DNA from: Alphaproteobacteria bacterium
Lineage (GTDB): Bacteria; Pseudomonadota; Alphaproteobacteria; UBA828
Reading direction: 5' to 3'
NCBI GenBank assembly: GCA_963422645.2
Contig: CAXXVO010000004.1
Coordinates: 160,001 to 224,000, forward strand
DNA length: 64,000 bases
Shown here: one piece after another, positions 30,705-40,672 of the stretch
How the letters are laid out: each line of letters begins with the position of its first letter
How positions within the stretch are numbered: position 1 is the first letter of the stretch
Program-made: the position numbers and the translations under genes
Notes under the pieces: model-generated
Told to the model about the DNA's origin: nothing
What the model saw: only the letters and a program-made list of their open reading frames with translations
Databases searched by the model: none

Positions 30705-31817
30705 TTAGGCGGCGCCTCCCGGCGGCCGGTCCGGAACTGTCGGCGGCGTGCCGAGGGGGCTGAGCCAGGTGACGTGGCCCATCTTGCGGCCGTCCCGGGT
30801 CTCATCCTTGCCGTAGAGGTGGAGGTGCGCGGCCGGGTCCGCGGCGAGCGCCCGCCAGCGCTCGACATCGGCACCGATCAGGTTCTTCATACAGGCGTTG
30901 GCGCGCCCTGCCGTGGAGCCGAGCGGCAGGCCGCAAATGGCGCGGATATGCTGCGCGAATTGGCTGGTCTCGCAGCCCTCGATGGTCCAGTGGCCCGAGT
31001 TGTGGACGCGGGGGGCGATCTCGTTGACCAGCAGCCGGCCGTCCTCGGTGAGAAAGAGCTCGACGCAGAGAGCGCCCACATGGTCGAGCGCCTGGACGAC
31101 GCGCTCGGCGCCCTCTCGCGCGGCCTGCGCGAGAGCAGGGGGTATGGCGGCCGGTGCCAGAGTCACGTCCAGGATGCCGTTCACATGGCGGTTCTCGACC
31201 GGATCGAAACTTGCGACCTGCCCGTCCGAAGCGCGGGCCACGATCACCGAGACCTCGCGCTCGATGGGCGCGAAGGCTTCCAGGATCGCGGGCCGGCTGC
31301 CCAGGGTATCGCGCCAGGCCACGAGCAGATCATCGCCCGCAGTCAAGACGACCTGACCCTTGCCGTCATAGCCGAGGATCTGGGTCTTGAGCACCGCGGG
31401 CCGGGAAATACGCGCATCGGCAGCTGCGTTGTTGGCGCCAACCTCAACCGCCGCATAGGGCGTCGTCTCCAACCCAAGGCCGCGCACGAAATCCTTTTCG
31501 GCGATGCGGTTCTGGGCGACGCGGAGCGAGCGGGCGCCCGGCCGCACCGGCACTCGCTCCGCCAGCCGTTCGAGTGCCGATGCCGGCACGTTCTCGAACT
31601 CGGTGGTGACGACATCCACCGCGGCGCCGAAGGCGTCGAGAGCCGCGTCATCGTCGTAGGCTGCTGCGGTCTCGGCGGCTGAGACCTGCGCGGCCGGGCC
31701 GCCCGGCTCGGGTGAGAAGATATGGCAGCGGTAGCCGAGAGGCGCGGCGGCGATCGCCAGCATCCGGCCGAGCTGGCCGCCGCCGAGGATGCCGATGGTG
31801 GAGCCCGGCGCGATCAC
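30705..31817 (-). CDS. purK: N5-carboxyaminoimidazole ribonucleotide synthase
   Basis: IGILGGGQLGRML, TEFENVP, GYDGKGQ, NEIAPRVHNSGHWT, HLYGK, GRKMGH. Confidence 0.97.
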   Translation of the reverse strand: MIAPGSTIGILGGGQLGRMLAIAAAPLGYRCHIFSPEPGGPAAQVSAAETAAAYDDDAALDAFGAAVDVVTTEFENVPASALERLAERVPVRPGARSLRVAQNRIAEKDFVRGLGLETTPYAAVEVGANNAAADARISRPAVLKTQILGYDGKGQVVLTAGDDLLVAWRDTLGSRPAILEAFAPIEREVSVIVARASDGQVASFDPVENRHVNGILDVTLAPAAIPPALAQAAREGAERVVQALDHVGALCVELFLTEDGRLLVNEIAPRVHNSGHWTIEGCETSQFAQHIRAICGLPLGSTAGRANACMKNLIGADVERWRALAADPAAHLHLYGKDETRDGRKMGHVTWLSPLGTPPTVPDRPPGGAA

Positions 31818-31821
31818 GGGA

Positions 31822-32313
31822 TCAGGACTCCGGGGTTTCGGCGACCGCAGCGGTCTGATTGGCGCGCCACGCGTCGAGCGCGGCGGCCACGCGCTCATCC
31901 CCGAGGGCCACGATCGCGGCGGCGAGCAGGGCCGCGTTGACCGCGCCGGCGCGCCCGATGGCGACCGTGCCGACCGGCACGCCCGCCGGCATCTGGACGA
32001 TGGAAAGCAGGCTGTCCATGCCCTTCAGGCTCTTGCTCTCGACCGGGACGCCGATGACGGGCAGCGGCGTCATCGAGGCGGTCATGCCGGGCAGATGCGC
32101 AGCCCCGCCCGCGCCCGCGACGATTACCTTGAGGCCCCGCGACCGCGCTTCCTCGGCGTACGCAACGAGCCGCTTGGGCGTGCGGTGAGCGGAGACGATG
32201 CGCGTTTCGACCGGGACGCCGAGCGCTTGCAGGGTCTCGGCCGCATGGCGCATGGTCTCCCAGTCCGACTGGCTTCCCATGATGATCCCGACCGCTGCGG
32301 TGGTCTCGCTCAT
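31822..32313 (-). CDS. purE: N5-CAIR mutase
   Basis: [36 protein letters not shown]. Confidence 0.98.
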   Translation of the reverse strand: MSETTAAVGIIMGSQSDWETMRHAAETLQALGVPVETRIVSAHRTPKRLVAYAEEARSRGLKVIVAGAGGAAHLPGMTASMTPLPVIGVPVESKSLKGMDSLLSIVQMPAGVPVGTVAIGRAGAVNAALLAAAIVALGDERVAAALDAWRANQTAAVAETPES

Positions 32314-32398
32314 GGCGCTCTCCCTTTCCGGCTCACAAAACCTGGCGCGGCGTGCTACTTTACTGCCGGCAAGCGGTCGCGGGCAGTGCCCGGGCCGC

Positions 32399-32427
32399 CT
32401 TCACAGCTCCGGTGCGGCGTGCTATAG
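32399..32427 (+). promoter_or_regulatory. Putative RpoD promoter of rpsU
   Basis: CTTCAC-N17-CTATAG, close to the alphaproteobacterial CTTGAC-N17-CTATAT consensus. Confidence 0.45.
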
Positions 32428-32477
32428 AGCCGCCCGCCCAGGAATGAAACCCGTCAGCGAGGAAGGGAAACAGTCAT

Positions 32478-32681
32478 TTGGTCCATGTAGTCGTACGCGA
32501 AAACAATGTCGATCAAGCGCTGAAAGCCCTCAAGAAGAAGATGCAGCGCGAGGGAATTTTCCGGGAAATGAAGATGCGCCGCCACTACGAGAAACCCTCG
32601 GAGCGGCGGGCGCGGGAAAAGGCAGAGGCGGTCCGCCGCGCCCGGAAACTCGCACGCAAGCGCGCTCAGCGGGAAGAATAA
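32478..32681 (+). CDS. rpsU: 30S ribosomal protein S21
   Basis: [27 protein letters not shown]...[18 protein letters not shown]. Confidence 0.97.
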   Translation: MVHVVVRENNVDQALKALKKKMQREGIFREMKMRRHYEKPSERRAREKAEAVRRARKLARKRAQREE

Positions 32682-32683
32682 TT

Positions 32684-34571
32684 GTAACTGCCCAGGTTCT
32701 TGCTGTGAAAATTCTCTGGGATTCGGCACAACGCTACCCACGCGACGCCCGTGTGCTCCTCTGTGGTCGCCGGGTTTCACAGCTCACGATGCCCCTCTTG
32801 CGGACTGCGACCGGTAAGCTACCCCGATGTGGCCCGAAGTCCGCCCGCGCGACGGGCACCGATTTTCATTCTATGGGGTGGTCCAGCACGGCGTCGACCA
32901 TGATCGTTTATGAGAATGGCTCCGCTGTTGGAGAACCCGTGCCAGGTGAGCTTACGCGCACTTGACGGTGGCGATGAGCCGATCCGATGGGCTGGTCAGG
33001 GCTTCGATGATATTCCAGCCCTGCTTTCTGGCGGTGGTGATGACGCTGCGCAGGATGGCGAAGTTCTCGGCCCCCTGCGCGGACCGGAAGCCCCCGGAGA
33101 TCTTCTGGCGCAGCTTCATCATCCGAAGGTCGCGCTCGGCCTCGTTGTTCGTGAACCCGACCTCGAGGTCGATCAGGAACCGGAGCACCGCGCATTTGTG
33201 GTCGCGCAGCCTCAAGGCCAGATTGTGACCGATCCTTCGCTTCCGGCGCTTCTTCCTCTTGCCAGGCGAGAACGGTGGTTGGCTCTCGTGAAAGGCCAGC
33301 GCATCGGCGATGATCTCGTCGTATCGGCGCTCGATCAGCGCCACAAGCCTCGCCGGAACGGCGATATCCTTGTCCAGCGCGATGCGGGCGGCGCGATTGG
33401 CTCGGCGCAGGAGCTGCTGCATCCGCCGGGCCCAAGCCTCCCCTTCGATGTCCACCAGCGCCTGCAACTCCCGCAGGTGATGGGCGTTGCACAGGCCGTG
33501 CTCCACCCCTTCCATCGCGAAGTACGGCTTCCAGTGATCGTGCACGACGATGCCGGAGACACCCGAGAGCAGGGCGCCGCGCTTGCCGCTGACCCGGTAC
33601 GCCGCCAGCAGCGGCGTGCAGATCACATGAAGCCACTGCGTCTGACCGCCGATCCGCAAGCCGGTCTCGTCCATGTGTTTCACCCGCGCCGTGCCCGCCG
33701 CCAGGTCCTGTATGTGCAAGGCCGCGTCCCGCAGCCGCTCGGCCGCCCTCTCGCTCATCGTCGCCAACGTCGCAGCCGTCACCGGCGCGCCGAAGAGCTC
33801 GGCCATCACCTGCGACAGCCGATCCTCCGGCAGGAAGTGAGCGTGCTGAAGGTAGACCGCCACCCCGGCAATGCGCGGGCCGTACTGCACCGGCGCCGAC
33901 ACCCCGTCGGGGAACGCCGCCCGGGTCACCGTCCCGCAATGCCCGCAGCACTTGGCATGCGCCCGGTGCTCGGTCACCTCCAGGGGGCTCGGCTCGGGCA
34001 GATCGAACACCTGGCGGGCGACGGGCGTTCCCGCCCTGGCCGCGTCCGAAAGCGGCGAACCGCATCCCTTGCAGGAAGCCGGGACGTGATCCTTCACCCG
34101 ATCCGGGTGATCGGCGCGGCGCAGCGTCTTGCCCTTGTGGCCGGGCTGGCCACCGGGCTTGCGGCCCGATTTGCCGCGCAGGCTTCGGGTTCGCCGCTTC
34201 GAATTCGGCTTCCTCAGCCCATCGCTCGAAGGCGGCTTGCCGCTGTTGCCGCTGTTGAGGCCGAGACGGCGCTCCAACTCCTCGATGCGCTCGACGAGAC
34301 GCGCGACTTGCTCTTCCAGCCGCGCGTTCTGCTGCCGAAGCCAGGCATTTTCCTCCCGAAGCCGGGCGTTCTCCTCCTCCAGGCGGGCGATCTTCTGCGC
34401 GGGCGTTTCGGGCGCTGCTCCCGTCGAAGGGCCGCGCGGCGACTCGGGATTGCTCATGTCGTTGTTGAGTCATTTCCCGAAATTCCCGTCAAGCCCTTTC
34501 CACCAACTCCGAACGAGAAACGCCTCAATCCACTGGCCCAAAATGACAAATCAGACGACCTGGGCAGTTAC
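32684..34571 (-). mobile_element. IS66-A copy 4, apparently intact (1888 bp)
   Basis: 14-bp IRs; TSD GAATAATT at 32676-32683 and 34572-34579. Confidence 0.97.
32952..34457 (-). CDS. IS66-family transposase (501 aa, intact)
   Basis: Same motifs as copy 1, uninterrupted. Confidence 0.96.
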   Translation of the reverse strand: MSNPESPRGPSTGAAPETPAQKIARLEEENARLREENAWLRQQNARLEEQVARLVERIEELERRLGLNSGNSGKPPSSDGLRKPNSKRRTRSLRGKSGRKPGGQPGHKGKTLRRADHPDRVKDHVPASCKGCGSPLSDAARAGTPVARQVFDLPEPSPLEVTEHRAHAKCCGHCGTVTRAAFPDGVSAPVQYGPRIAGVAVYLQHAHFLPEDRLSQVMAELFGAPVTAATLATMSERAAERLRDAALHIQDLAAGTARVKHMDETGLRIGGQTQWLHVICTPLLAAYRVSGKRGALLSGVSGIVVHDHWKPYFAMEGVEHGLCNAHHLRELQALVDIEGEAWARRMQQLLRRANRAARIALDKDIAVPARLVALIERRYDEIIADALAFHESQPPFSPGKRKKRRKRRIGHNLALRLRDHKCAVLRFLIDLEVGFTNNEAERDLRMMKLRQKISGGFRSAQGAENFAILRSVITTARKQGWNIIEALTSPSDRLIATVKCA

Positions 34572-34644
34572 GAATAATTCCCGACCAGCGTCCGCAATAG
34601 CCCGGAATATCCGGGCCGACCGAGACGCACCTTTTCGATTCCGA

Positions 34645-34687
34645 CGCCTTCGCCGCTCCCTTTCAAGGAAGGGGCGGGGCGACGGCG
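34645..34687. terminator. GC-rich hairpin between convergent rpsU (before IS insertion) and iorB-like gene
   Basis: Imperfect stem CGCCTTCGCC-GCTCCCTTTC / GAAGGGGC-GGGGCGACGGCG. Confidence 0.35.
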
Positions 34688-34726
34688 AGGGCCGTCAAGA
34701 CCCCCGCCGCCTACCCCTGAGTTCTG

Positions 34727-37021
34727 CTACGCAGACTCGAGCTGATCGCCGATCGGCAGGTTCCGAATGCGCTTGCCGGTGGCGTTGTAGATCGCGTTGA
34801 CCAGCGCCGGCGTGTAAGGCGGCACACCGGGCTCCCCGACACCGCAGGGACGCAGATGCGTGAAGTCCTCCACGATGTGCACGCGCACGTCGAGAGGCGC
34901 ATCGTCCATGCGGGTGATCGTGTAGTCGTGGAAGTTGCTCTGGTCGACCGCCCCCTGGGTGGTGGTGATCTGCCCATGCATCGCGACCGAATGGCCGTAG
35001 ATGGCCGCCCCTTCCATCTGCTTCCGCACACCCTCCGGATTGACGTAGCGGCCGCAGTCGATCGCCATGTCGACCTGGGGGATGTGAAGCGAGCCGTCGT
35101 CCCGCACCACGACGTGCACGGCCGTTCCCACGTAGCTGTGGAAGCTGCGGTGACACGCGATTCCCAGGCCGTGACCGGCAGGCAGCGCCTTGCCGTAGCC
35201 CGATTTCTCGGCCACCACCCGCAGCACGTTGGAGAGCCGCTTCGGCATGATCGGCCAGTCTTCGATCGAGTCGCCGTAGTTCCAGTGGCCTTCCACGCCG
35301 TCCTGGGTCAGGTCCATGACGTCCGCATCGCCGATGAGCTCAAGCAGGAACTCGACCGGGTCGCGACCGGCGGCCTCCGCCAGCTCGTTCGCGAAGCAGT
35401 TCATGGCGAACGCGTGCTGGATGTTGTTGACCGAGCGGTACCAGCCGACCCGGATCATGGCGTCGGCTTCGCCGTTCTCGATGCGGAGGTTCGGCACCTG
35501 GTTATAGGGCGTGTCGATGAGGCCGAGCCCGTACTCGAGCGGATGGCCGGTCCGCATCTGAGGCGCCCAGAGCGCGATGAGCGTGGGCCACGCGCCCGAA
35601 TGATGCCACGCCGTGACATTGCCCGAGTCGTTGAGCCCCGCCTTGAGCTTGTGGGCGCTCGCGCAGTGGTAGTAGCCCTGCTGGATCTCGTCCTCGCGGG
35701 TCCACTGCACCCGCACCGGGGCGCCGATCTTGCTGGAAAGGATCGCCGCTTCGCACGCGAAGTCCGGCTTGGACTTGCGACCGAAGCCGCCACCCAGCAG
35801 CGTCACTTCACACTCGACATCCGTCTGCTCGATGCCTAACGCCGCCGCCACGTACTGCCGCACCGAGTTGGGCGCCTGGGTCGAGGTCACGACCTTGACC
35901 GGCATCCGGGTGGCGTCGGCCAACGCGACCGGCGGCTCCATCGGCGTGTGGATGAAGTAGGGCACGAAGTACTCGGCCTCGAGCACTTGAGCCGCCGAGC
36001 CCAGCGCCTCGTCGACGTTGCCCCGGTCGCGGACGACGTGGCCGCCGGCGCGCGCCGAGGCCTTGAGCTCGTCGTTGTACGTGCTCGAGTCGTGCTTGAC
36101 GTTGGGGCCGCCATCCCACTCGATGACGAGCCTGTCGCGCCCCTCCATCACCGACCAGGTGTTGGTGCCGATTACAGCGATGCCGCCGAGGGCGTGGAAC
36201 TCCGCGGGCTTGTCGTCGGGAAGCGCCGGAATCTCGATCACCTGCTCGACGCCCTGAACCTTGAGCGCCTCGCTGGCGTCGAAGGACTTCACCTTGCCGC
36301 GGTACACAGGAGAGCGCGCCACGACGGCGATCTTCATGCCGGGAACGCTGATGTCGGCGCCGTAGGTCGCACCACCGGTGCTCATGTCGTAGTTGTCGAC
36401 CACCGGCATGTCGCGGCCGATGTACTTCCACTGCGATTTGTCCTTGAGCTTCGGCGCGGCGTCACCGGTGGGCACCGCGATGTCGGCCGCTGCATCCACC
36501 ACCTCGCCGAAGTCGAACCACTGGCCCGTGCCGGAGTGGTAGAGGCGATGGTCTTTGGCATAGACCTCGCTGGGATCGACGCCCCACTTCCTGGCCGCCG
36601 CCTGCTCCAGCACATAGCGGCCGGCGGCGCCCAGCTCACGCATGACTTCGAAGTGGTGGCGGGTGCTGCGTGAGCCGTCGGTGTTCTGCTGATCCTTGCC
36701 GGCGGGGTCGAACTTGGTCTCGTCGCCGGGTGCCTGCCAGATCTTGACCCGCTTCCAATCGGCTTCGAGCTCGTCGGCCAGGATCATCGGGATGCCGGTG
36801 CGCACGCCCTGACCCATCTCGGAGCGGCTGCACGTGAGGGTGACCGTTCCGTCGTCCGAAATCTCGACAAAGAGATTGGGCTTGACCGAGTTGCCGTTGG
36901 ACTGGCCGCGGGCCGTCGAGATCAGGGAGCCGGAGGTGGCGTTGGCGCCGAGCACGAAGGCGCCGGTGACGCCGGCGGACTTCAGGAAGGTGCGCCGGCT
37001 GATGTTCTCTATGCCGAACAT
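34727..37021 (-). CDS. IorB-like molybdopterin oxidoreductase large subunit, Tat-exported
   Basis: SRRTFLK Tat motif, RSEMGQGVRT, LADELEADW, TDGSRS, LLGGGFGRK, GVGEPGVPP. Confidence 0.9.
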   Translation of the reverse strand: MFGIENISRRTFLKSAGVTGAFVLGANATSGSLISTARGQSNGNSVKPNLFVEISDDGTVTLTCSRSEMGQGVRTGIPMILADELEADWKRVKIWQAPGDETKFDPAGKDQQNTDGSRSTRHHFEVMRELGAAGRYVLEQAAARKWGVDPSEVYAKDHRLYHSGTGQWFDFGEVVDAAADIAVPTGDAAPKLKDKSQWKYIGRDMPVVDNYDMSTGGATYGADISVPGMKIAVVARSPVYRGKVKSFDASEALKVQGVEQVIEIPALPDDKPAEFHALGGIAVIGTNTWSVMEGRDRLVIEWDGGPNVKHDSSTYNDELKASARAGGHVVRDRGNVDEALGSAAQVLEAEYFVPYFIHTPMEPPVALADATRMPVKVVTSTQAPNSVRQYVAAALGIEQTDVECEVTLLGGGFGRKSKPDFACEAAILSSKIGAPVRVQWTREDEIQQGYYHCASAHKLKAGLNDSGNVTAWHHSGAWPTLIALWAPQMRTGHPLEYGLGLIDTPYNQVPNLRIENGEADAMIRVGWYRSVNNIQHAFAMNCFANELAEAAGRDPVEFLLELIGDADVMDLTQDGVEGHWNYGDSIEDWPIMPKRLSNVLRVVAEKSGYGKALPAGHGLGIACHRSFHSYVGTAVHVVVRDDGSLHIPQVDMAIDCGRYVNPEGVRKQMEGAAIYGHSVAMHGQITTTQGAVDQSNFHDYTITRMDDAPLDVRVHIVEDFTHLRPCGVGEPGVPPYTPALVNAIYNATGKRIRNLPIGDQLESA

Positions 37022-37023
37022 TG

Positions 37024-37476
37024 TCAGACCTCCTCTGCCGCTGTGCGGACCGCCGCGAAGATCCGCTGGTAGGTGCCGCAGCGACAGATGTTGCCGGCCA
37101 TGCCGTCCACGATCTCTTCGTCGCTGGGGTCGGGGTTCTCGTTGAGCAGCGCCGCCGCCGACATGATCTGCCCGGACTGGCAGTAGCCGCATTGCGGCAC
37201 ATTGTGCGCGCGCCACGCCCGCTGCACGGGGTGGTTGCCGTCTGCGTCGAGACCCTCGATGGTGGTCACGTCCTTGCCGTCGGCCTCCGATACCGGAGTG
37301 ACGCAGGAGCGGACGGCCTCACCGTCCACGTGCATGGTGCACGCGCCGCAGAGCGCTGCGCCGCAACCGAACTTGCTCCCGGTCAGTCCGAGCTCGTCTC
37401 GGACATACCAGAGGAGCGGCATGCCAGAATCGCCGTGGAATTGGCGACTGACGCCGTTGATCTTCATTGAAATCAT
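37024..37476 (-). CDS. IorA-like (2Fe-2S) small subunit
   Basis: [43 protein letters not shown]. Confidence 0.92.
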   Translation of the reverse strand: MISMKINGVSRQFHGDSGMPLLWYVRDELGLTGSKFGCGAALCGACTMHVDGEAVRSCVTPVSEADGKDVTTIEGLDADGNHPVQRAWRAHNVPQCGYCQSGQIMSAAALLNENPDPSDEEIVDGMAGNICRCGTYQRIFAAVRTAAEEV

Positions 37477-37538
37477 CGACCGTCTCCCATGCTCGCTGAC
37501 CGCCCCCGAACCGGGCGATCCTACGTGGACGGTAGACT

Positions 37539-37569
37539 AGAGCGTTTCCGTTTCAGACGGAAACGCTCT
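37539..37569. repeat. Perfect intergenic inverted repeat
   Basis: AGAGCGTTTCCGT-ttcag-ACGGAAACGCTCT (13-bp arms). Confidence 0.7.
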
Positions 37570-37693
37570 TGCCTGGATAGCTTTCCGCGGTCACGGCTCG
37601 CGTTTCGTCAAGCCGTTGGATCTGAGGCTCCGAGCGAAGGGAATGGCCGCAACGACCGTTGCGATGTCGAGTTATTCGGATGCGGCACAGGGG

Positions 37694-39076
37694 TCAGAGG
37701 GACTTGACGATTGCCTCGATCATCTTCTTGGCGTCGCCGAAGAGCATCATCGTGTTGTCCCGGTAGAACACCGGATTGTCGATGCCGGCGTAGCCGGGCG
37801 CGAGCGAGCGCTTGACGAAGAGCACTGTCTTGCAGAGCTCCACATCGAGGATCGGCATGCCCGCAATCGCGCTCTGCGGATCGGTCTTGGCCACCGGATT
37901 GACCACGTCGTTGGCGCCGACCACGAAGGCGACATCGGTGTTCGGCATGTCGCTGTTGATGTCCTCGAGCTCGAAGACCTCGTCGTAGGGGACATTGGCC
38001 TCGGCAAGGAGCACGTTCATATGGCCCGGCATTCGGCCGGCTACCGGGTGGATGGCGTAGCGCACGTCGACGCCTTCCTTCTGAAGCATGGCGGCCATCT
38101 CGCGCACGGCGTGCTGGGCCTGAGCCACGGCGAGGCCGTAGCCCGGCACGATCACCACCGAGCCTGCGTTGCGCATGATGAAGGCGGCGTCGTCGGCGCT
38201 GCCCGCCTTGTGGGTACGGTCCGCCGCCGTGAGAGGCTTCGAGGAATCGGTGCCGAAACCGCCGAGGATCACGCTGATGAAAGAGCGGTTCATGGCGCGG
38301 CACATGATGTAGCTCAGGATCGCGCCAGCCGAGCCCACCAGCGCACCGACCACGATGAGCACCGTGTTCTCCAGCGTGAAGCCGATACCCGCGGCCGCCC
38401 AGCCCGAGTACGAGTTCAGCATCGAAATCACGACCGGCATGTCGGCCCCGCCGATGGGGACGATCAGCAGCACGCCGAGGAGCAGGGCGAGCCCGGTCAT
38501 GGCCCAGAACACGCTCTCCTGCTGCTCGGTGGAAAAGACCGCGCCGAGGGCGACGATCGCGATGATGATCGCGAGATTGAGCAGGTGCTGGCCGCGAAAG
38601 ACCAGCGGCGCGCCGGTCATCAACTCCTGAAGCTTGGCGAAGGCGACGACCGAACCGGTGAAGGTGAGCGCGCCGATTACCACGCCGAAGCTCATCTCGA
38701 TCCGACTCACCAGTCTGATGTCGCCGGGCATGCCGATGTGGAAGGTCTCGGGCGCATAGAGCGCGGCGCCGGCAACCAGCACGGCGGCGAGCCCCACCAG
38801 GCTGTGGAACGCGGCCACCAGCTGGGGCATCGCGGTCATGCGGATGCGGAGCGCGATCACCGTGCCGATCAGCCCGCCGACGGCGATACCGACGCCGATC
38901 CACAAGTAGTCCTCGATCCCCGGCTGGCCGAGGGTCGTGCCGATGGCAATCACCATGCCGGCGATGCCGAAGATGTTGCCGCTGCGCGCGGTCGCGGGCG
39001 ATGAGAGGCCGCGCAGGGCCATGATGAAACAGACACCAGCGATCAGATAGAGAATCGCTGCCAAATTGGATGTCAT
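37694..39076 (-). CDS. pntB: NAD(P) transhydrogenase beta subunit
   Basis: MTAMPQLVAAFHSLVG, IGGADMPVVISMLNSYSGW, HPVAGRMPGHMNVLLAEA, GANDVVNP. Confidence 0.97.
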   Translation of the reverse strand: MTSNLAAILYLIAGVCFIMALRGLSSPATARSGNIFGIAGMVIAIGTTLGQPGIEDYLWIGVGIAVGGLIGTVIALRIRMTAMPQLVAAFHSLVGLAAVLVAGAALYAPETFHIGMPGDIRLVSRIEMSFGVVIGALTFTGSVVAFAKLQELMTGAPLVFRGQHLLNLAIIIAIVALGAVFSTEQQESVFWAMTGLALLLGVLLIVPIGGADMPVVISMLNSYSGWAAAGIGFTLENTVLIVVGALVGSAGAILSYIMCRAMNRSFISVILGGFGTDSSKPLTAADRTHKAGSADDAAFIMRNAGSVVIVPGYGLAVAQAQHAVREMAAMLQKEGVDVRYAIHPVAGRMPGHMNVLLAEANVPYDEVFELEDINSDMPNTDVAFVVGANDVVNPVAKTDPQSAIAGMPILDVELCKTVLFVKRSLAPGYAGIDNPVFYRDNTMMLFGDAKKMIEAIVKSL

Positions 39077-39088
39077 TGAGCGCGCCGC

Positions 39089-39391
39089 CTACTTCTTCTT
39101 CTTGAACATCGAGAGCATGCGCTGTGTGACCGTGAATCCTCCGAATATGTTGACGGCTGCAAGGCCGACGGCAACTCCACCAAGAATCTTGGCGAGGACG
39201 CTGCCCTCGGCCGGCGTCACGGCCAACAACGCGCCGACGATGATCACGCTCGAAATGGCGTTCGTGACCGAAATCAGCGGCGTGTGCAGCGCGGGTGTCA
39301 CGCTCCACACGACGTAGTATCCGATGAACACCGCGAGCACGAAGACCGTGACCGCGATGACCAGCGGATGCAGCGCGAGCACGTCCTCCAC
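39089..39391 (-). CDS. pntA: NAD(P) transhydrogenase alpha subunit, membrane part
   Basis: [31 protein letters not shown]. Confidence 0.95.
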   Translation of the reverse strand: MEDVLALHPLVIAVTVFVLAVFIGYYVVWSVTPALHTPLISVTNAISSVIIVGALLAVTPAEGSVLAKILGGVAVGLAAVNIFGGFTVTQRMLSMFKKKK

Positions 39392-39393
39392 AG

Positions 39394-40545
39394 TTAGATA
39401 TCCCCGCCCTCGAGCGCCGGATTCACTACCGCGCCGCCCTTGGTCAGCAAGGCTCCCCGTATCACCTCGTCCTCCCAGTCGATGTCGAGCGAGCGGCTTT
39501 CCTGATTGATCATGGGCTGGATGAAGTTGAACAGGTTACGCGCATAGAGCGTGCTGGTATCGACTGGGACTCGCGCCGGGTAGTTGGCGTGGCCGATGAT
39601 CGTGACCCCGTGGCGCAGGACCACCTGGTCGAAGGCGCTCAGCGCGCAATTGCCGCCGCTCTCGACGGCCAGGTCGACGATTACCGAGCCGGGCTTCATG
39701 TCCTTCACCATCGCCTCGGTGATCAGTTCCGGGGCGGGCTTGCCCGGTATCTGCGCCGTGGTGATGCAGATGTCCTGCTTGGTGAGCGTCTCGTGGATGA
39801 GCGCGGCCTGACGATCCTTGTATACGTCGCCCATTTCCTTGGCATAGCCGCCTGCAGTCTCGGCGTCGCCGGCGTCGGCATCGACCGAGATGAACTTGGC
39901 GCCCAAGCTCTCGACCTGTTCCTTGACGGCAGGGCGCACGTCGAAGGCGGAAACCAGCGCGCCCAGCCGCTTGGCCGTCGCGATCGCTTGAAGACCGGCA
40001 ACCCCCGCGCCGAGCACGACGACCCGCGCCGGAGCCACGGTGCCGGCTGCCGTCATCATCATGGGCAGGATGCGGCCGAAATGGTCGGCGGCGTCGATCA
40101 CCGTCTTGTAGCCCGCGATGTTGCTTTGCGAGGACAGCGCATCCATCGACTGCGCGCGGCTGATGCGCGGGATCAGCTCCATCGCGAAGGAGGTAACGCC
40201 GTGGGCGGCGTAGCGCGCGACCTGCTCGCGCTGCTGCAGCGGGGCAAGCAGCCCCACCAGCACGGCGTCCGGCTTCAACAGCGAAAGCTCATCGGCCGCG
40301 TTTCCGTCACAGAGCGGCGCGCGGACCTTGGTCACGAGATCGGCCTCGCCGTATACCGCCTTCGCGTCGACGACGATGTGGGCGCCCGCTTCTGTCAGCG
40401 CTTCGTCCGACATTTGAGCGCCGGCGCCGGCGCCACTCTCCACCAGCACGTCGACGCCCAGAGCCGTGAATTTCTTGATCGAATCCGGAGACGCGGCAAT
40501 GCGGGTCTCACCCGGGACAATTTCCTTCGGGACCCCGATCCTCAT
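39394..40545 (-). CDS. pntA: NAD(P) transhydrogenase alpha subunit, NAD-binding part
   Basis: [39 protein letters not shown]. Confidence 0.95.
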   Translation of the reverse strand: MRIGVPKEIVPGETRIAASPDSIKKFTALGVDVLVESGAGAGAQMSDEALTEAGAHIVVDAKAVYGEADLVTKVRAPLCDGNAADELSLLKPDAVLVGLLAPLQQREQVARYAAHGVTSFAMELIPRISRAQSMDALSSQSNIAGYKTVIDAADHFGRILPMMMTAAGTVAPARVVVLGAGVAGLQAIATAKRLGALVSAFDVRPAVKEQVESLGAKFISVDADAGDAETAGGYAKEMGDVYKDRQAALIHETLTKQDICITTAQIPGKPAPELITEAMVKDMKPGSVIVDLAVESGGNCALSAFDQVVLRHGVTIIGHANYPARVPVDTSTLYARNLFNFIQPMINQESRSLDIDWEDEVIRGALLTKGGAVVNPALEGGDI

Positions 40546-40672
40546 GCGCGCATCGACTCTGACTCTCCAGGAGCGGCGCCACAATGCCCCGCCCGATGCG
40601 GTTTGCCAAGGCTCGGTTCGCGCCTTCTCACGGAAGCTTGAATGGGTGTCGGAGGCGGCGGCGCGGGGGTTG

